Source of the DNA: Rhizaria sp. SCN 62-66
Lineage: Eukaryota
Assembly: GCA_001724265.1 (NCBI GenBank)
Contig: MEDY01000244.1
Coordinates: 1 to 45,853 of the forward strand
DNA length: 45,853 nt
Direction of reading: 5' to 3'
Positions 32,544-45,052 of the stretch are shown one piece after another (the first letter of the stretch is position 1; every line of letters begins with the position of its first letter). The translations under genes and the position numbers were made by a program. Under the pieces are notes generated by a model that saw nothing but the letters and a program-made list of their open reading frames with translations, was not told the origin of the DNA and searched no databases.

Positions 32544-34306
32544 TCAGACCTCCTTGAGCGCCGCAGCTAGAACGAGCTGAGCGCCAAAATACAGCGGCAG
32601 CCCGATGGCCTGGTTGATGCTACTCTGCGCCACAAACCTCTCGCGCGCGACAAATACATCGGAGACCATGAAGAGCACCGCCGCCGCCATCGCCAGCGCG
32701 GCCTGGCGTGACAGCGCGGGCAAACCGCGCCACAGCGACGCCACAGACACAGTCGCCGCAGACTGCGCGGACCGCCCGTACGGCGCAAACGCGAGCTTGG
32801 CAGACCCGTCGGCGCCAGCGATGACGCTCTCAGTCGTTGTCGCAGTGCGGACGCTGGTGCTGGTGTGGGGAGTGCCGTCTGCGCCGTGGCTACTCACCGT
32901 GGCGCGCTGGGAGGTGGTTTCCACTGCGGCGCCAGTGGCGGCGTCGACGCCGCGCGCAGTGATGGTCGCCAAGGTCACCTTGTCCAGTGTTTCGTTCTCA
33001 GCACTGTCGACGGAAACAAGCTTCACCTTGTTCTTGCCGGATTCGGATCCTGTGACAGCGTTGACAGCGTTGCGAAGGTCGCTGTCAACAGTGACGTCAA
33101 CCTTGTTGTCGGACTCGCTGTGAGTCGATGTGAAGTCGAGCGTGATGACCCGGCCGTCGACCACTGCGTCAATGACCGTGCCGACCGCTGGCCGCAGGCC
33201 GTGCGCGGCCGGGGTGAACATGGCTACCGAGGCCGCCAGGAACACCATCACTGCGATGACGGCGACGTAGGCGATGACTGCGCGCCACATGAAATCGCTC
33301 TGTTTGCGCAGAGTGCCGCGGATGGAGAGGTACGCGAGGATAAGCCCTAACGCGACTGCAAGCGCGCCGGCGAGGGGCAGCAAGCCGGGCGCCGGGGCGC
33401 CGTCGTCGGACCAAATGACCGTGGGCAGCGAGATAAGCCGCGACGCATGCGCGAGAGCAAAGGCGACGTGGCCGATCAGAAAAGCGGCCAGACCGAGCAG
33501 AAAGGCCTTGGGGGAGGAGCCAAGAAGGGCGACGTCGCCGATAAAGCAGAAGATAAGTCCGACGAAGATGATACTGTGGTGCAGCGGTGCGTGCTTGCTG
33601 AACGTCAGAAACAGCGCAGGCAGCGACGAGGGAGGGAAGAGCACAGCAGGGGAGTCGTTAAGCAGGGCGGTGAAAGCAGCTGCAGTCATTTTAGCAGCCT
33701 TGCCGTTTGCACTCGCAGAGCCGAGCGCTGCAGTGGCGAATGCCTGTGAGTCGTCAGCGGAGAGCGAGGCTGAATCGTAGTATTGGAACGAGACAAGAGT
33801 CGCCGGGCTAGAGAGTGACGCCAACCACGAGCTAACCTTGGACTGCACCTGCGCGGCGCCTGCCGAGCCCTGCGACAACGACTCAGACAGCTGCGCCTGC
33901 GCCTGCGCTTGTGACTGGAACTGCTGTGAATGAGTCAGCTGTGACGGCGACGCTGCCGCGGGGGCGAGGGCGTAAAAGGGGGGGATCAACGACGGGTCCT
34001 TCGTTGTGGTGAGCACGACATGGGCGATGCTTTGGAGAGCAGCGAAGAGGAAGAAAAACGCACAGGACGTCTTCAGGATGGCCTACAAAGGTACATCGTT
34101 ATTGGCGCGCGGATTCAGGGGCAACGTTGGAACTGTGAGCGAGGTGGCTGTTTAAGTGTCAAGGAAGGTCGAAGTAAACAAAGGAGGGTCTAGACAGAGG
34201 GAAGACGTACACGGAGAGCGAGATGCTTGCGGCCGGCAATTGTAATAAGCGGGAGAAGAGCCACCGCGGTCCACGCAGCAAACGGGACGGTGATGGGCAA
34301 CACCAT
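32544..34306 (-). CDS. YhhN/TMEM86 (lysoplasmalogenase-like) multi-pass membrane protein, ~544 aa; exons 34306-34211 and 34082-32544
   Basis: Family motifs GLIFCFIGDVALL...FLLGLAAFLIGHVAF, VIAYVAVIAVM, AVLFMVSDVFVARERFV, LPLYFGAQLVLA; spliced N-terminus ...KHLALR|AILKTSCAFFF; TGA stop. Confidence 0.87.
34083..34210 (-). other. Intron (128 nt, phase 0) in YhhN gene
   Basis: CGT|GTACGT donor at 34210, CTTTGTAG|GCC acceptor at 34083; the nearer CAG at 34148 leads to a TGA. Confidence 0.72.
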
Positions 34307-35427
34307 GAAGCTATGACGGCGAGAGCGCGGGCAAAGGGAGAAAGACCGAAAGGGGACGATTGAATTGGTGGTTGGGAGTCAGGAAGAAAGTTGATTGCAG
34401 GGCAGTGTTTTCTCGATGAAACCGACTAAACTTGTAGTATATTATAGCTTGGCCAAAATTGCTGCATTAAACATTGTTCAAACTTCATATGCAAATTTGT
34501 TAACGGAGATATGTCTTGATTTTAGAGATGGCTTGGAGGAGGGGTTTGAACTATAGGTGGAGGAGTGTTCAACGCGCCAGACATGATCCTATCACATCGT
34601 TAAAAATATAAATAGCACATGAAGAACACATGTGCCTAACCAAAATAGTGCCACACAAGGCAATTGACGGAACAATTAAAGCACCATGCTGGATTCTAAG
34701 ACTGGGTCAGAAGTGATCCACAATCGACCGACGTTGTCGCTGGCCCATTTTTCGCGAACCGAGCCTGACCGACCAGCCAACCACAGCAAAGGGCAACAAC
34801 TCAGATGGGTCGTTAATAAGCTCCCACGCACTAAGGATGTTAGTATATAAGATTTAAAGATTGCACCGAATTGTTATTTGCGCCGGCCCACTATGCCTGT
34901 TTTGATTTTGCTATCCTGACGACCGGAATGGTGTTTGCTGGCTTGTTTCATGTGCTTCTTGGGCGAAGACACTCTCGTGAGACGTCGTCCTCACTCGTGC
35001 CGCGCGCTGCACACTAGGACGTTATCTATTTTAAATACGGATTTACCATAGCATACCTTCTTACTTTAAGTTTGCGCTGTCATGACAACGTCTTCTTTAA
35101 TGGCCATTCCATGCTGCTGGGCATTTTCACGAATGCATCTTCCCCTCCTTGCACTTGATTCACTCACAGGTTCGCATCTTGCATATTTTATACCGGAGCA
35201 ATCCCAGTTTTCTCTTTATAAGCACCATCACAGCTACCGCTAAGGGCGTTTCTTTGCTATCCCACGACTTCTGTGCTCTTTGTCCCTTGTCCGGCGACGC
35301 ATCACACCCCTCCGAGAGACATACCTATAACACAGACCACTCCAATCGATCAAGTCGTGAATCATCACAAGCTCTGCCCGTGCCACTTGACTGCACAACG
35401 GCAACTCCACCCCCCACTCTCCCCGCA

Positions 35428-37767
35428 ATGTCGCGCCCGCCCTTGCGCCCCGACACCCCCGGGAGCTTGGCAGCCGGCGCAACGGGGACACCCACCGCGA
35501 CCGCGACAGCTGCGCCGGTAAACACTGCGTCTGGAGGCGATGCCACCCCCGCGACCGCCAACAGCAGCAGCACCGCGTCCCCGGTCACAACCCCGCAGCT
35601 TGTCCCGCTCACTGCGTCGCTTCTCGCGGCCACCCCGTCCTTCCACCAGGCGGGTGCGGGTCTCCCCGCGTTCGGCGGCGGCGACGGCGGTGAGGGCGCG
35701 CCCCTGATCCCGCCGCGCCTCGCGCCAGAGTTCATCCCCCACCGGTCGACGTCGCCGATCCCGCGCGCCGTGTACGCTGCGCCGGAGCCCCCGCTGCCGC
35801 TCGACACGCTCCGCTCCGTCGTCGCGACCACGCTCGCGCTGCAGCAGCAGCGCCAACAACACCAGCAACAGCAGTACTACGGCACTGGCGGCAGCTCCAA
35901 CACGCAAGTTGTTCCGCCGTCGCCCATGTTGTCGGCGCTGCCCGTGCAGCCCCTTGAGCTCGACCGCCCGACGCAGCGCCACCTTGAGCAGACCTTGGGC
36001 CCCGTCGGCGCCGTCGTCGCCAGTGCCGCTCTGCCCGCGCTCATCGCCGCGAAACAAGACGCCGTTGCGCGCGGCGCGTCCCCGACCACGGCCGTGTCGT
36101 CAGCGGCGACCACCTCCCCGCTCGGCCCCCGCAGCAGCACCCGACGCGTGCATTTCCTCCGCGCCGTCTGCCAGCGGCCCGGCGTCGCCGACCCCGCGGT
36201 GATCCCGCCCGACACGTTCGCCTACACGCCGCTGCCGGCCGGGGACAACGACCCCGTGTGCGCGCCCGTCATCACCTTCGCCAAGGACGACCCACCGTCG
36301 GCCGTACGCGCGCTGTTTGAGTCCCACATGCTCAATGTCCAGGCGGCGCGTGAGTCTACCCGTAACCTCGCTCTCGGCAAGCCGGGCGCCCGCGAGCGCG
36401 CGGCCGAGGCGCTTAACCGCGTGCTGCAAACCTTCTACGACTGTGGGCAGCGCGCCGGCCGCCGCGGCCAGGCCGCCGTGGAGCGCGCCGAAGCCAACGA
36501 CGCGCGCGTGTGCGACGACCTTGCGATGAGGGCGGGGCACACTCTGCAGCTGCAGCGGCTCAAGGAGGTCTCGGAGTCGGCGCAAAACTCGCTCTCGGAC
36601 ACCGCCGCGAATGCAAACGCTACTTCTTCGTCTTCCGCTGCCGGTGCTGCCGGTGCGGCCGCGGCTGGAGGGCTATCACTGGCTGACTCGGCCACCGGCG
36701 CAGCCACACCGTTGACTGGCCCCTTGCCGTCCCCGTCGCCCTCAGCCAACTCCGCCTCTGTCTTGGCCTCGGCCTCTGCGAGCGCGAGCGTCACTGGCGT
36801 CAGTTCTAGCTCCGGCTCTGGCTCTGGTGCGAGCGCCGGGGCGACCCCGAATCCTTGCTCCCCGACCGCGACGGCCGCCCTGAGCCTCCCGCCCAGTCTG
36901 CTGAACCTGCCCCCGCTCGCCGGGCCCGTCGTGGTCACGCAGGCCGACGCGCTGCCGCAGCCCCTGCGCGAGGCCCTGACACCGCTTGAGGCCGCGCGCG
37001 CGCACGCCGCGCACAGGGCCGTGCATGTCCTCGCGCAAGGTCCGCTCGGCGCGATGTCCACCACTGCTGCGCCGGCCGGCGGCGGCGGCGGCGGCTCGCT
37101 CATGGGCCTCGGCGGCGGCGGCCCGTCTGCCGCGGCGAGCAACATCGCCACCGCGGCGGGCGGGCTGATTGTCGGACCCAACGGCGTGCTCATGACGCCC
37201 GCGGCGGCAGCGTCCCTGTCCGTCGGCCGCCGGTCCACCGCCGCGGTGTCCTCGAACCCGGCCAAGATCCGCGTCGCCGCTGCGAACTCGGTCTACTCGA
37301 GCGGCGTACTGGGCGTCTCGCTCGCGCCGCCAGAGAAGATCAAGCTGGCCGCAGATCTGGTGCTAGAAGCCGCGGCGGGCGCGGGGACGCTTCGGTATAC
37401 GCCGCAGTATAACTGGCAGAGGCGGTGGAACCGCGCTGTGCAGCGGGTCGATGAGGTGTACTCGGCTGCGGCCGCGGCGGCGGCGGCTGAGGCTGCGGCC
37501 GGCGGCGGCGGGGGCGGCAAGCACCGGCGCCGGCACAGCGCCCACGCGCAACGGCCGCAGCACTTGGCTGCGACGGGAGACCCCAGCACCGGGTCCGGCG
37601 CCGCTGCGACCGAGGCTGGGACCGCGGCGGGGACTGGGGCTGGGACGGCTGAGGCGCTGTTGTCGCCGCCGTCGCTTCAGCTGACAGGCACAGCTGCAGA
37701 CTCAACCACAAACAAGAACTACAACAAGTGCGGCTGCGGCTCTGCTAACGCAGCAGGTGCTGCTGCA

Positions 37768-37798
<31 letters not shown>

Positions 37799-40700
37799 CC
37801 GGCGACAGCTCGCAGTCGCAGGCGCAGGCGTGTACGGATGCGGTGACTGCGCCTGCGGTTGTCGTGCCCCGCGTGAAGCCGTCCCATCCGCCCGGCCGCG
37901 GCATGCCACAGGATGAGGGCGACCTGCTCGCTCCGATGTCAATCGAGGAGGCCGCCGCCGCCGCCGCCGCCGAGGACGCCGCTTCCCGTGCCACCTGCGT
38001 CACGATCAACGCGATGCGCCGCGGCGGCCGCGCGCCGTCGCACGCAGTGGGGCCGCCGCGGTCCATTCTCCGCGTGTCGTCCTCTGGTGCGCTGAGCTCG
38101 CTGAGCACCGGCTCTTTGAGCGCGTCACCGACCCCGACGCCGTCGACCGGCGACGTGAATATGGCGCACTCGGTCACCGGCGCTGCGTCTGGCCCGTCTG
38201 GCGGCGCTGAGGGCGGGGCGCGGTCGCTGCTCGCGCACCCGGGGGGCCGGGAAAGTCCGGCCGAGACGCTCAAGATCACTGTCTCAGCCTCTGCCAACGC
38301 CGCCGACGCGCTGTCCCGCTCTGGGAGTGATGGAGTGAACCGTGGCAGCGGCGTATTTAGCGCGATTGCGACCACCACCGCAGCGGCTGCTATGGGTATT
38401 CCGGACAGCGCTGCGAGTCCCGGCGGCGTCGTCGCGAGTGCCGACGGTTTGGACCAGGACGACAACGACGAAGATGAGGAAGGTCCGTCGTACTCTGCCG
38501 CGTCGCCGCCGATCATTGCGCTCTCTTGCCCACACTGCCGGCTACCAGTGCCGTCGCCGATCGACCTCGCGGCCCACTGCGCGTGCGGCTGTGCGCTGTC
38601 TCCGCCGTGCCCGGCCGTTGCAGAGGCCGGGGACGGCTTAACTTCGATGCACAGGAACGGCGATGGCGACGAGGACGTGGTCATCTCACCGACGACCATC
38701 AACGCGATCAATATGCTCGCATTTCCGACTGAGAACGACCATAACGCTCTCGCCACCCGTGACGACGACGACTTCGGCAGCAACGCGAGCGATCAAGGTG
38801 ATTCCCCAGTGCGGCGGTCAACCCCCCCTCTGTCGCCGTCGCCGCCCCTGTCCCCCAGTGGCCGTGACCGTGGGCGGAGTGACCGTGAGCCCGATCTGTC
38901 CCGCACTTTGTCCGCGTCGCCCTCGGCCACAGCGTCCGTGCGCGCTTTGGCGGCGCGCGGGCAGCTCGTCGAAGGCCGTCACGGTCTCGTCATCCCCCAC
39001 GCCGTGTTGCACGGCAACGGCGGCGAGCTTTTCGATGGGGACGTGCCTGTGGAGCTGATGCTCAGTGGCAGCAACAGCAACGTCGGGATGAGTGCCCGCG
39101 GTAGTTTCAACAGCCTCAGCGGGACTGCTAACAGCGCGGCACACAACCATAGTACGACGGCGGGGGGGCTCAGTCACAGCAGTAGTAGCAGTAACGTCGC
39201 CTCAGTCGCTGCCTCGGCCGGCGGTGAGTTTAAGTTAGGCCGCCGCGCGTCCGCCAGCGGCAGTCTAGTCGGTCTGACTGACCGTGCTCACTGCACCAAC
39301 CACGGACACTCTGCTCACAGTCAGTCCCACGGTCACACAAGTATCGCTGGCGACGGGGGCGACAGTCCCCAGAGAGGCTCTGGCAGCACCGGCGGCACTG
39401 ATGCGGAGGATGAGAGTGGCGGAATGGTCCGTGATGACTGTTTTCTCGCACGTTTGCGCCAGCTCCACTCCCAGCAACAACAACAACAACAGCAGCAAGA
39501 GAGTCGAACCAAGAACTCGCCCACTGTGCCTATGGCTGTACCTGCGGCGGACTCTGGCGACGCCCCCGGTCACTTGATTGCCTCTACCGCCGACGCCGCC
39601 ACTGGGGCCACAACAACGACAACGACAGATAAGACTGCGGCCGCTGCTGCTAACTCACGCTCACACTCGCCGTCGCACTCTCTGACGCCAAGCCCCAGCC
39701 CTTTGTTGGACGAGGACTCTTTCGACGCTGGCTCCAGTCTCACGGGCTCCACCGGCGAAGGCTCCAGCGGCGGCAACGGCTCCGATGTCATGTCCCCTGC
39801 GACCTTCTACAAGCACATCACTCCGCGCCCGCTGCGCGCTGGAGTCGTCGCCGCCGCCGCTGCTGCTGCAGACTCAGCAATGGGCGGTCAGTGCCATGGC
39901 GACGGCACCTGCGGCGGCGGCGCGATCCGTCCTGTTGGAGCCGGGGTCGGCGTGTTGAACGCAGGCGGCTTGAATAACCCTGCGCACGGTCACGGCCACG
40001 GTCTACCGCTCTATCCTTCGACCCACACCGGCGCTGCGACCGGGGCGACTGCCGCTGGCGCGACTGCGGCCGGAGCTGCGGCCGAGCCGAGTAACTATTA
40101 CATCTACCGTCCAGCGGCGTATCTCACCCCGGCGGCGTGCGTCGAGTGCGACGACGCCGCGCCGGGCACCGACCACTCGCGCTGTTTCTACCGCTGCCTC
40201 TTCCGCCACGTCATCCCTAAGTCGGTCCTGCGGCACCGCGAGGCCGAGGCGAACCACTACTCCGCGCGCGGCCGCATTGTGCTGGCTGCGATCGCGCGGT
40301 CCGTCGCGCTGCGGGTGCTGCAGAAGCCGCTGCAAGTGCAGAAGCTCGCGCTCGACGGCGAGCCGAAACCGCGCTGGGTGTGGATCCCGCCGGCGGGCGG
40401 GCAGCTGCTGTGGGCGCGGTACAACCCCAGCGAGCCGCGCAACTTCCTCTCGAAGCTCATCTCGCGCGCGCCGAAAGTGCGGGAGCTGGCGCACGTGCGC
40501 CGGCTCGCGCTCGGTGTGTTTGCGAAGCGGCGCGAGGCGACGAAGCTCAACGTCGAGAAGTTCGCGCCGTGGCAGTGCATCTCCATCGAGTGGCAGACGC
40601 CCGTCGTCAGCAAGGCCGGGAGCAAGGGCAACAACGCGTCGCCGCCCGGTGGGTCCCCGCCCGCTGGCGCTGGCTCCGCGGGCGCGGCCGCGGGCGATAA

Positions 40701-43314
40701 GGAGAAGGAGAAAGAACCGGAACAGTTTAACTACCGTACGATGGAGCTGGTGTGCGCCAACGATACGGACACGCGTGTGCTCTTCATGGGCCTCCAGGTA
40801 CGCTGCGATTTAAAAACAACAACAACAACATGATCGGAGTCACTCAGGCATACCTTCATTTCTTTTCGGAATTTACTCCACATTCATTACTGTCTTCATG
40901 TTTGATTTCTGTTTGCGTTTTCTTGAAGCTTTTATTCATATCATATCATCTCATGTCACATCATTTTTACTTATTTCGTTCTTTCGTTTGTTTTGTCTCT
41001 CACAATTTTGTTAGGCCCTGGTCCCTCTGTCCAAGTATCACTTGTCGTACGGCCGTTTCCTTTGGCGCCGCGCGGCCTTGAAGCTTCGCCGCAAGGCTAA
41101 GGAGGCTGTCCAGTCTTCCCGCGACTACCTCACTAGACTCTGGCTGCTGGCGCTCGAGGACCGAGCCAAGCGGCTGTGCGAGGCCGTGCTGCTCAACTTG
41201 CGCACGGTCCTGGCCGACTTCGAGGCGCTGGCGGCCATGTGCGCTCACCTCCGCGCGAAGCAAGCCCCTGCAGTCACCTGCGCTGCGGAGGTTACTGAGT
41301 CGCAGTCGCATTCTCAGCCGCAGCCGGAGTGGGGGCTGCCCAAGGGCCCTGGTCAGCACATCCTGCTCCCGCTCGGCGTCGCGCGCACAGTCGTCTGCAG
41401 CGCAATGCAGGCCGCGGCCTCGCTCTGGGTGATGCCGCCGCAATGCTACCGCGACCGCGTCGGTCCCCGCATCCGTGAGATCCTCGTCTACTCCGAGACC
41501 ATCTCGTTCGTGGCCATCATCGCGGGCGTCGTTGTGCCGGGTGTGCAGCCTCCGCCGGCGACGTTCGAGATCGGCGCCCCGGCCACGGTGGCCTACATGA
41601 CGGCGATGTTCGAGGCCGCCAAGGCATGGGCGGCGCAGAACCCCGGTGCATTCATCGCGCCGCGGGCCAACTCAGCCGAAGCCGCGAAGTCGATGACCGT
41701 GCCAGCCCTACCCTCGGCAGCCAGCGCACAGTCGGGCTCGGCGGCGTTCCTGTTCCGGCACGCGGGCTCCACTCTGGCGTCGTTCTACCCCGTGTGCAGG
41801 GACTTCGTGACGACGACGATGCTGGAGTTCGTGCGGACGCGGTTCGGGTACCGGCGGGTCACGCGCTCCTCGCTCGAGGCGTTTGCATCGCCGGACTCGA
41901 CCGCAAACTGCAAATCCGCCGCGACGTGTGCGGCTGCTTCTGGCTCTGCTTTTGCGAAAACAGCTGCTGCCACGGCTGCTCCTGCAGTCACCGCGAAGTC
42001 TACCGCTGTCGCGACTGTGTCGACCGCCGCGCCCTCGGCCTCCCCCAGCAGCGGCTCTACGGCGACTGCCGCCCCCGCCTCCGTGCCATGCAGCGGCACA
42101 GTGGCCGTGGATGACTACGACGCCGACGGCGCCCTGCACCGCGTCGCGTCCTCGACCTCGACGGTGGCCGACTTCCTGGCCGATCCCGACGCCACGGCGC
42201 GCGCACAGGCCCACGCGCGGGCCGCCATCGCCTGCGGCCACACCGGCGGGGACGACACTGTGACTGCCGGCGCGCCCGCGGTCGGGGATGATGCCAGTAG
42301 CACTGGTGGCGAGAGCGCGTCGACGCCCAAGTCAACGGTCTCGATGTCCAGGCTGTCGCTGTCGCAGACGCCCTCCGGCGGCCACTTAGCGGACCCCATG
42401 TCGGACACGGATACTGAGGCGTCTCTCACGGACTCTGACGCCGACGACGAGGACGAGGCCGGCGCAAACGGCAACTCCAGCGACGACGATGATGACGACG
42501 AGGAAGGTAACGCTGCCGCGAACGCCGCTGCTGCTGATGATGATGATGACGATGGGGGGAAGCATAGGGAACGCTCGGCCAGCGTCTCTGACATGCCCTC
42601 ACATTCTCACTCGCACGCCGCCGCAGCCGCTGCCGCCGCAGCCGCTGCCGCCGCAAACGCTGCCGCCGCGGCCACTGCTAACCCGAGTGCCGCTACAGTC
42701 GCCGGCAGCGGCGGTGGCGGCGGTAAGACTGTGTTCAAGCTGCCGCCGCGCCACCCCCGCACGCCGGCCGCCACACCGCAGACTCCCCCCGCGCCCGTGA
42801 ATGCAGCTGCTGTCTCTTCTGCTGCTTCTTCTGCTGCGCTGTCGCCGCCGGTCCGCGTTCGCGCCGCCGCCACTGCCACCGCCACTGTCGCTGCCTCTGG
42901 CGCTGGCGCCGTTGCCGGTGCGGGGGTCGGTGCGAGTGATGGCCCAGTGGGTTCGCTGCGTCTGCAGATGAAACACGCATCCTCAACCTCGGCCCTCACT
43001 GACATCGCCAGCGGCGGCGGCGGCAGTAAGGCTGCTGTCGATTTGGACGCGCCGAGCCCGATCATGGAGCCGTCGCGGCTGATCCACGCCACAGGCACCG
43101 GGTCAACCCCGATGGAGGTCTCTGGCACAGTGCAAAAGCTGCCCGCCGCCGTGCTTGCGAAGCCCTTTTCATCCCCCACGGACGACTACCGTGCCGCTGC
43201 CGTAGATGCCCCGGCGGGACTCGGTTACGACCAGCGGCGGGTGATCCACACAGACTACCCAGCCGTCGCCGCCGCGTCCTCTCTCCACCAGCAACAGCAA
43301 CAACAACAGCAACG

Positions 43315-43345
<31 letters not shown>

Positions 43346-45052
43346 AGCAACAGCAGTGCATCTGTTGCGAGTGCAACGCAGACTGCTGCGAAGCCCCGGT
43401 ACCGTATCCCCGTTTCATCATCGAGCAACGTGCTCTCGACACTGGCCCGCACCGAGTCCGACTCGTTCCCCTCGGAGCCCCCTTCCCCGGCTACTCACTA
43501 TGGCAGAGTGGCGGACCCCCCGTCCTCGGCCGCGGCCTCCGCCGGCGTTGCCACACTGACTTCCTCCCCCGGTTTGACCGGCCCCGACGCCGCTGCTGCT
43601 GTTGACCTTACATTGGGGTCACTGGGCGGGCTACACACGATGTTGAATCAGCTGGAGGACGTTGAGCGCAAATTCGCGCGCAGCGGGAGTAGTTCTGTCT
43701 CGGACACGGAGGCCGCCGCTGCTGCGGCCGCTGCGGCACTGCATGCATCTGCTTTGACCGGCGGTGCACCAGTCACGGGTTCAGTCACGGGTTCAGTCAC
43801 GAGTGCTGGGACAGGCCCGGCTGCGACCGCTGCTAAGTCCCCCGCTCCGCAGCAACAACAGCAAATGCAGCAGCAGAGGCAGCCTGGGAGTGGTGAGCTC
43901 GTGCCGACTCAGCACCTGCGGCCTGACTTACGCTCACCGCCCGGCACCACACCGCTCGTTGTGGTCACCACAGTGGCGTCAGACGCGCTTCCGCAGCTCG
44001 AGAGCCTTTTGTCCACCAAGAACAGTTCTCAACAACAGCAGCAGCAAGAACAGGCTGCTTCGTCACTGCAGCTACCACCGTCGTCCGCTGCAGCCGCAGG
44101 CGGTAGAGTCGGTAAGATCCATCTCACCCCGCCCGGTACCTCCATGAACCTGAACAATAGCTCAACTGCGCCCACAGCCGCCTCTGCGACTTTATATCCC
44201 CCCGGTCTGACCACCGGTGCCAGCGGCGCCCGCCGCGGTACTATGGACGACTCAGTATTCGGTGACCTGCCAGGTGCAGTCTACCCCGAGCCAGGCAGTG
44301 CCGCCGCCGGCGGCGGCGGTGGCGGCGGCGGTGGCGGCGGCCTGGGGCCTGGGGCTCCGACCCCGGTCGGCGCGGCTGGGCCCGGTGGCGACCGGCGCGG
44401 CAGAGCACTGGCCTCCGCAGCCGCGGCCCCCGCCTCGGCCCGTAGTGGCGGCGCCACTGCGCAGACGGCGCAGCCCGCGGTCAACGTTGTCATCGCGGGT
44501 GGCGCTGCCGCTGGTGGCACCGGCGCTGCGAACGTGGTGCCAGGGCTGGTTCCCGGCGTCGTCCAGACCCCGAACCGCGGCCCCATGCACGTGCACCACT
44601 CGGCCGTGCAGGACCCTTTGCTGGCGCGCAAACTGCTTCAATACGCTCAATCCAACGGTTGCGGCGGCAGCAACGGCGGCGCGCTGGGTGGCAACGCGTC
44701 CCCCGGTGGGAGTGGAGCCGGTTTGACCGACAGTGTCGTGAGCCGCGGCACCGCGGAGAACGTCAGCACCGCCGCCATGGCCGCCCTCTCAGCGCTGGCG
44801 AGCCAGTCAACCGCGGGGCCGGCGGAGGAGCGCCGCATCGCGAGCTTCATCTCGTTCCTGCGCGCCATCACACAGCCGTTCCTCATGGGGCTCGAGCGCG
44901 AGATGCTGTCCGAGGCGCGCACGATGGCTGGGATAATCCGCAACCTCGGCGGCTGGGACCTGGTGCGCGCGGCAGAGCGCGGGCAAATCGCAGACGGCGG
45001 GAGTCCGCTGCACGGGGCGCTGCCGCAGGACGACGAGACGCTCGACTTCTAA
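35428..45052 (+). CDS. Very large (~3135 aa) low-complexity protein with a central PLC/Num1-type PH-like domain; exons 35428-40797 and 41015-45052
   Basis: ATG at 35428; two long ORFs joined by a phase-0 intron. Ordered segment LQVQKLALDGEPKPRWVWI..QLLW...VRRLALG...WQCISIEW...RTMELVCAND..VLFMGLQ|ALV fits the PLC-type PH pattern by eye; TAA stop. Confidence 0.75.
40798..41014 (+). other. Intron (217 nt, phase 0) in PH-like gene
   Basis: CAG|GTACGC donor, T-rich interior, TTTTGTTAG|GCC acceptor; in frame with ORF 41042..45052. Confidence 0.88.
43288..43345 (+). repeat. CAG/CAA poly-Gln tract
   Basis: Encodes Q8-R-Q10-type run in exon 2 of the PH-like gene. Confidence 0.85.

Noticed and set aside
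34083-34085. Seventh in-frame TAG upstream of the YhhN ORF
   Set aside because: Better explained as the 3' splice site (CTTTGTAG|GCC) of a GTACGT intron that gives a sensible N-terminus; not counted as evidence for recoding.
44930-44970. IIRNLGGWDLV resembling a Bcl-2 BH2 motif
   Set aside because: Short match without the preceding Trp or a BH1 NWGR motif; likely coincidental.
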